Assembly (NCBI GenBank): GCA_002269645.1
Contig: NIVC01000303.1
Span: forward strand, 627,331-691,330
Origin: Macrostomum lignano
Taxonomy: Eukaryota
Direction: 5' to 3'
DNA: 64,000 nucleotides
Shown piece after piece: positions 59,921 through 64,000 of this stretch. Below the pieces are notes generated by a model. That model did not search any database, was not told the DNA's origin, and saw only the letters and a program-made list of their open reading frames with translations. The translations under genes and the position numbers were made by a program. Numbering within the stretch: the stretch's first letter is position 1; each line of letters opens with the position of its first letter.

Positions 59921-61807
59921 CGCCAAGTGCGAAGTTTCACATTGTCAAAGATCTAGTGTCTTACTTGTCCAGTATCTCACAACTCAAACGACTTCGACGA
60001 TTTTGACGAGATGTGAAGCTTATGAAAGTGATCGATATGTTTGTTTCGACGATATTTTTAACGTTAACAATAAAGATATTATTGTTATAATCTTTTGTTA
60101 ACTAAAGTACATCTACTTTTTTAATTTTTGCAGTTACAGTACATGTAGATCTTCGAAATTTATTATTTCTATGTGGTAATTCTTACTATTCTACATGTTA
60201 ACTACACTCAATCTGCGAGCGTACATGTAGACTGTTATAGATTCAGATATTAGCTATAGACTGCTTCAGTTCTGATTATTGTTCTCAAATCGGATTTTGG
60301 AATCATAGAATTCGAATGCCAATTTCCAGCAAGTAGCATTTACTACTAGTAATTAATAAATTATTAATAAACTAATTAATAAATTCAATAGTTGAATTTA
60401 TTATAACTGTACCGACGGACATTCAGCCGAGAGCACGTTTTCCGCTCATTTAAGCTCGATTTATAGCTATAAATAGCTATTTTTGTTTTTTTTCGCAACA
60501 TTAAATATTAAGAGAGCGTCTGTCCTAATGTCCTAAAAGGGTGAGCAGCATAATTTGCATGCGCTTATCTACTTTCAGTAATGTAGAACGAAGCTCCTTT
60601 GTTTGTTTGTTTTTGCTTTTAAAACTAAGTTGTAAATTTTGGAAACCCAGAAGCGATATTTAATAAAATATATAATTTTGTTTTTTTTTCACGCCAATTT
60701 ATTAAAGTTTGAACAGCAAAGCGTATTAATAGAATGTTCGCCATAATAAACTTTAACATCGAGTGAAAAGTTTGAAACAAAAAAGGCGGTTAATTAAAGC
60801 TACAGCGCAGCGCTTAGAGAAAATTTAATCAAAAACTGGCTAAGAAATACGTTACAGTAGTACAGCCTACAACACTATAAAAATTAGCAAATAAATAGCA
60901 GCATTTAAAAATATCATAAAAGTTTACTAATTGTTCAGCAGATATAATTTAACAAACAATTTGTTTTGTTTTAACAAACAAACAAACAAACAAACAAACA
61001 ATAAATTTATATATTTTGTTTGTTTGGAAGGATAGGAAGCAGAATTATTTATACTTATGCAGTGATTCAGTAGGTAGTGAACAACCAGCCTTGAATAGAA
61101 TTCAAATAAAAATTGCATTTAAAAATGTATATTAGCTATTGCCAAAAGCAAATCAGCAGAAAAAGTTAAAATTAGAAAAGCTTTAAAAATCGAAACGCCG
61201 ATAATTCGAACCGTTTATAACAAAAAAACACTAAATAAAACAAATTAAACTGGAAGCTGAAGTATGAAATGTGAGCGAGTTAAAAACAAATAAAGCTGCT
61301 CAAAAGCACGACGCCAATAAAAGCTGATATACTGTCTAGACAATTATCTAATAGGTGAAGTATTTTGTTTTCGTTTATGCCTATAAAGCGGAAGGTTTAC
61401 CAACACCGGAGAAATTAATGATATTTATTGTTACTTTTATACAGTACGGTCTAGTTTACAAAAAAGATCATGATAACGGATCTGTGTGATTTGATTTGAG
61501 GAAAGAGGATTAAACTTTTGTCAACTAGGCTCAACTTAAATGGAATTGCTGTTTGCGGGTGTAAACAGGCGTATTACCGTAGCAGTGGATGCCCCTCTGT
61601 CCTTTGTAATGGAACTTTGCAGATAAAAGCTTTCATGTTCGAAAATTTAAGTGTAGCTATATATAACATAGGCGAAGCGGTTAGAAGAATTTATTACTTT
61701 GCAACGAAGACTAAAAATCGAACTGCAGACTCATTCTGACAAACAATATTTTTGTTCCTTTACTTTTTGATCACAAACATTACCAAGAGTCTTCAGCTAC
61801 GATCCAA

Positions 61808-61982
61808 TCAGAACGTCTCCTCCTCATCGTATCCTGTGCAAAAGGGTTTGTCGTGAATATCGAATTGTTAAAAATGTATTTGACATGCAGAAAGACTGCA
61901 CAAGCAATTATGTAGTTAATTACTGAGCCACGGCATCTTGACACACTAAAAGACAGACCCACTAAGACAAACATACATCCCT

Positions 61983-62013
<31 letters not shown>

Positions 62014-64000
62014 GGCAGACAGGTGGAAAAACAGACAACAACTCTCACCTTCCGGAACCTCAGCAGGGGCCACAGCCGCGGCCACACTGTCGATAGCGGT
62101 GGCACCGGTGTCATCGACGTTGACGGCGTTGCCACGATCGCCGGCTCTGTCGCTGCGCAGCTCCTGATTGATGTCAAAACTGCTGACATTCTCGCCAGTT
62201 AATGGGTTTGGACGATCTGTGAATGCAAAATTCAGGTAAATATCTATGCGTACTAAATATGATGTAGATTCTTATTTAAGGAACAAAACTTTTCGATAGA
62301 AGAAAACTGATGCCCTATTGTTTTGGTAAGATTTTTCTAATAATAGAACTGACCTCATTTAGCTTCTTTGTGCGGTGTCTCAAAATAGAAATGATGTCAT
62401 ATAGTTTTTAAAAGCGTGGTTTTCTTACCATACCGGTGTCATTAAAGTTTTCAGATTTGTTACCACAGATAAAAATGGAATTGCATAGATAATATGTGCG
62501 TTTATCTAAAATATAGTACGAGCTACTAACGTCACTGTTTGTTTGGGTAGTTTCGTCATAGTTTTGCTATATGTATCTAAAAATAGAACTGACGCCATAC
62601 AGTTGCAATAGATGCTGCTAAACATAGATCTGACGCGATGTACTTTCAGTAGATGTTGCTAAAAATAGAACTGACGTCATTGAGCTCGATGGCTTCGATG
62701 AGCTTCTAAAAATCTAATTGACTTCGTGATGCAAGTTATATATATAGTGGCAAATTATTTACTGTAGTTTATTATTCGTAAGTCGCTAAATTCATCTTTG
62801 ATGCAATTAAAAGTTACGAGCTAATTCTCACCTTCGCGAGCTGTAGACGGTCGCGATTTACTTTCAGCTGTCAGATCGTAGCTTTCACAATTCTCTCCAG
62901 TTAGAGGATTCTTCGGTTCGCCTTGATGAAAAAGTAACCGATGTAATGGTTTTTCATTACCATAAGTGTCTGGAACAAATTAATTACACCTGCCATTTTA
63001 TTATCCTTTTGTTTACCTTTCTCGCTTGATTTTTTTGATCGAGATTCGGCGCTGAGATCGTACGACTGACAGTTTTCCCCTGTCAGCGGGTTGCCAACAC
63101 GGCCGCCACCGCCTCCGTTGGCGAGCTGCTTGCGCGGTGTTGAAGGTCTCGAATCCGACGAGTTGTAGCCCTCGCCCGTGAGCGGATTCGAACCTGGGGA
63201 TTCAACGTGCTGGAGAACTGAGGACAGCTGGATTAGAGAACTGAGGACAGCTGGATTAGGGAACTGAGGACAGCTGGATTAGAGAACTGAGGACAGCTGG
63301 ATTAGGGAACTGAGGACAGCTGGATTACGGAACTGAGGACAGCTGGATTAGGAACTGAGGACAGCTGGATTAGATAAACTGAGGACAGCTGGATTAGGGA
63401 ACTGAGGACAGCTGGATTAGGGAACTGAGGACAGCTGGATTAGAGAACTGAGGACAGCTGGATTAGAGAAATGAGGACAGCTGGATTAGGGAACTGAGGA
63501 CAGCTGGATTAGGGAACTGAGGACAGCTGGATTAGGGAACTGAGGACAGCTGGATTAGGGAACTGAGGACAGCTGGATTAGGGAACTGAACTGAGGACAG
63601 CTGGATTAGGGAACTGAGGACAGCTGGATTAGGGAACTGAGGACAGCTGGATTAGGGAACTGAGGACAGCTGGATTAGGGAACTGAGGACAGCTGGATTA
63701 GGGAACTGAGGACAGCTGGATTAGGGAACTGAGGACAGCTGGATTAGGGAACTGAGGACAGCTGATTGACAACTAAATATCTCATAACTATTAAAGATTA
63801 AGCATCCAATTGCAACCTTTCGACGAGCCACTGGCCGCTCTGCTTCTCTGCGGTCGCTCCTCCGGCTTTACGCTGAAGCTGCTGCAGTTCTCCCCAGTCA
63901 GTGGGTTGGTCTTCTCTGCAGTTTTATTGAATCATTATGGAGAAGTGGCTTTTCGTTTCAACAAAGCAACAATTCGCTTACTAATGACTCGTCGAGGAGT
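61808..64000 (-). CDS. Jupiter-like microtubule-associated protein, 3' part (gene continues beyond the window)
   Basis: Exons >64000-63982, 63915-63817, 63193-63017, 62216-62049, 61833-61808, all phase 1-1 with GT..AG; four NPLTGE motifs including NPLTGEGY, like Jupiter NPVTGEGY; ends GYDEEETF*. Confidence 0.7.
63217..63770. repeat. 23-bp minisatellite (ggattagggaactgaggacagct), intronic
   Basis: About 24 units. Confidence 0.95.

Noticed and set aside
63180-63200. GGTTCGAATCC B-box suggesting a tRNA
   Set aside because: It coincides with the acceptor and first codons of a Jupiter-like exon; no cloverleaf.

Overview
Repeat-rich animal genomic DNA. Gene content, intron style and transposon families suggest a free-living flatworm such as Macrostomum, but this is inference, not proven. 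All recognisable host genes lie on the minus strand. From right to left they are: a Jupiter-like microtubule protein (partial), two tandem copies of a small secreted acidic-pro/Arg-rich amidated peptide precursor, a divergent 2-Cys peroxiredoxin, a Ly6/uPAR (crooked/quiver-like) GPI protein, mitochondrial EF-Ts (TSFM), a complete 11-exon TSC2/tuberin (about 1467 aa, all splice phases consistent) and a small Cys4/coiled-coil orphan. TSC2 intron 4 holds an apparently very young 11.2-kb Ty3/Gypsy LTR retrotransposon with 868-bp LTRs, an AGTA TSD, a tRNA-Lys(UUU) PBS and a PPT. The element carries an extra ORF in the env position encoding an intact DnaJ/Hsp40 J-domain (HPD) fused to a SIM/acidic region and an unknown helical domain; this is the most striking observation. 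It also has an in-frame 10-aa repeat at the start of Pol, an extended PBS, and a DD37D (maT) transposon in its 5' LTR with a footprint-like scar at the same site in the 3' LTR. RTE-like LINEs, a Penelope-like fragment with a hammerhead relic and many intronic mini- and microsatellites fill the rest. Exon coordinates were derived by hand from GT/AG sites and reading-frame continuity; repeat boundaries are approximate.
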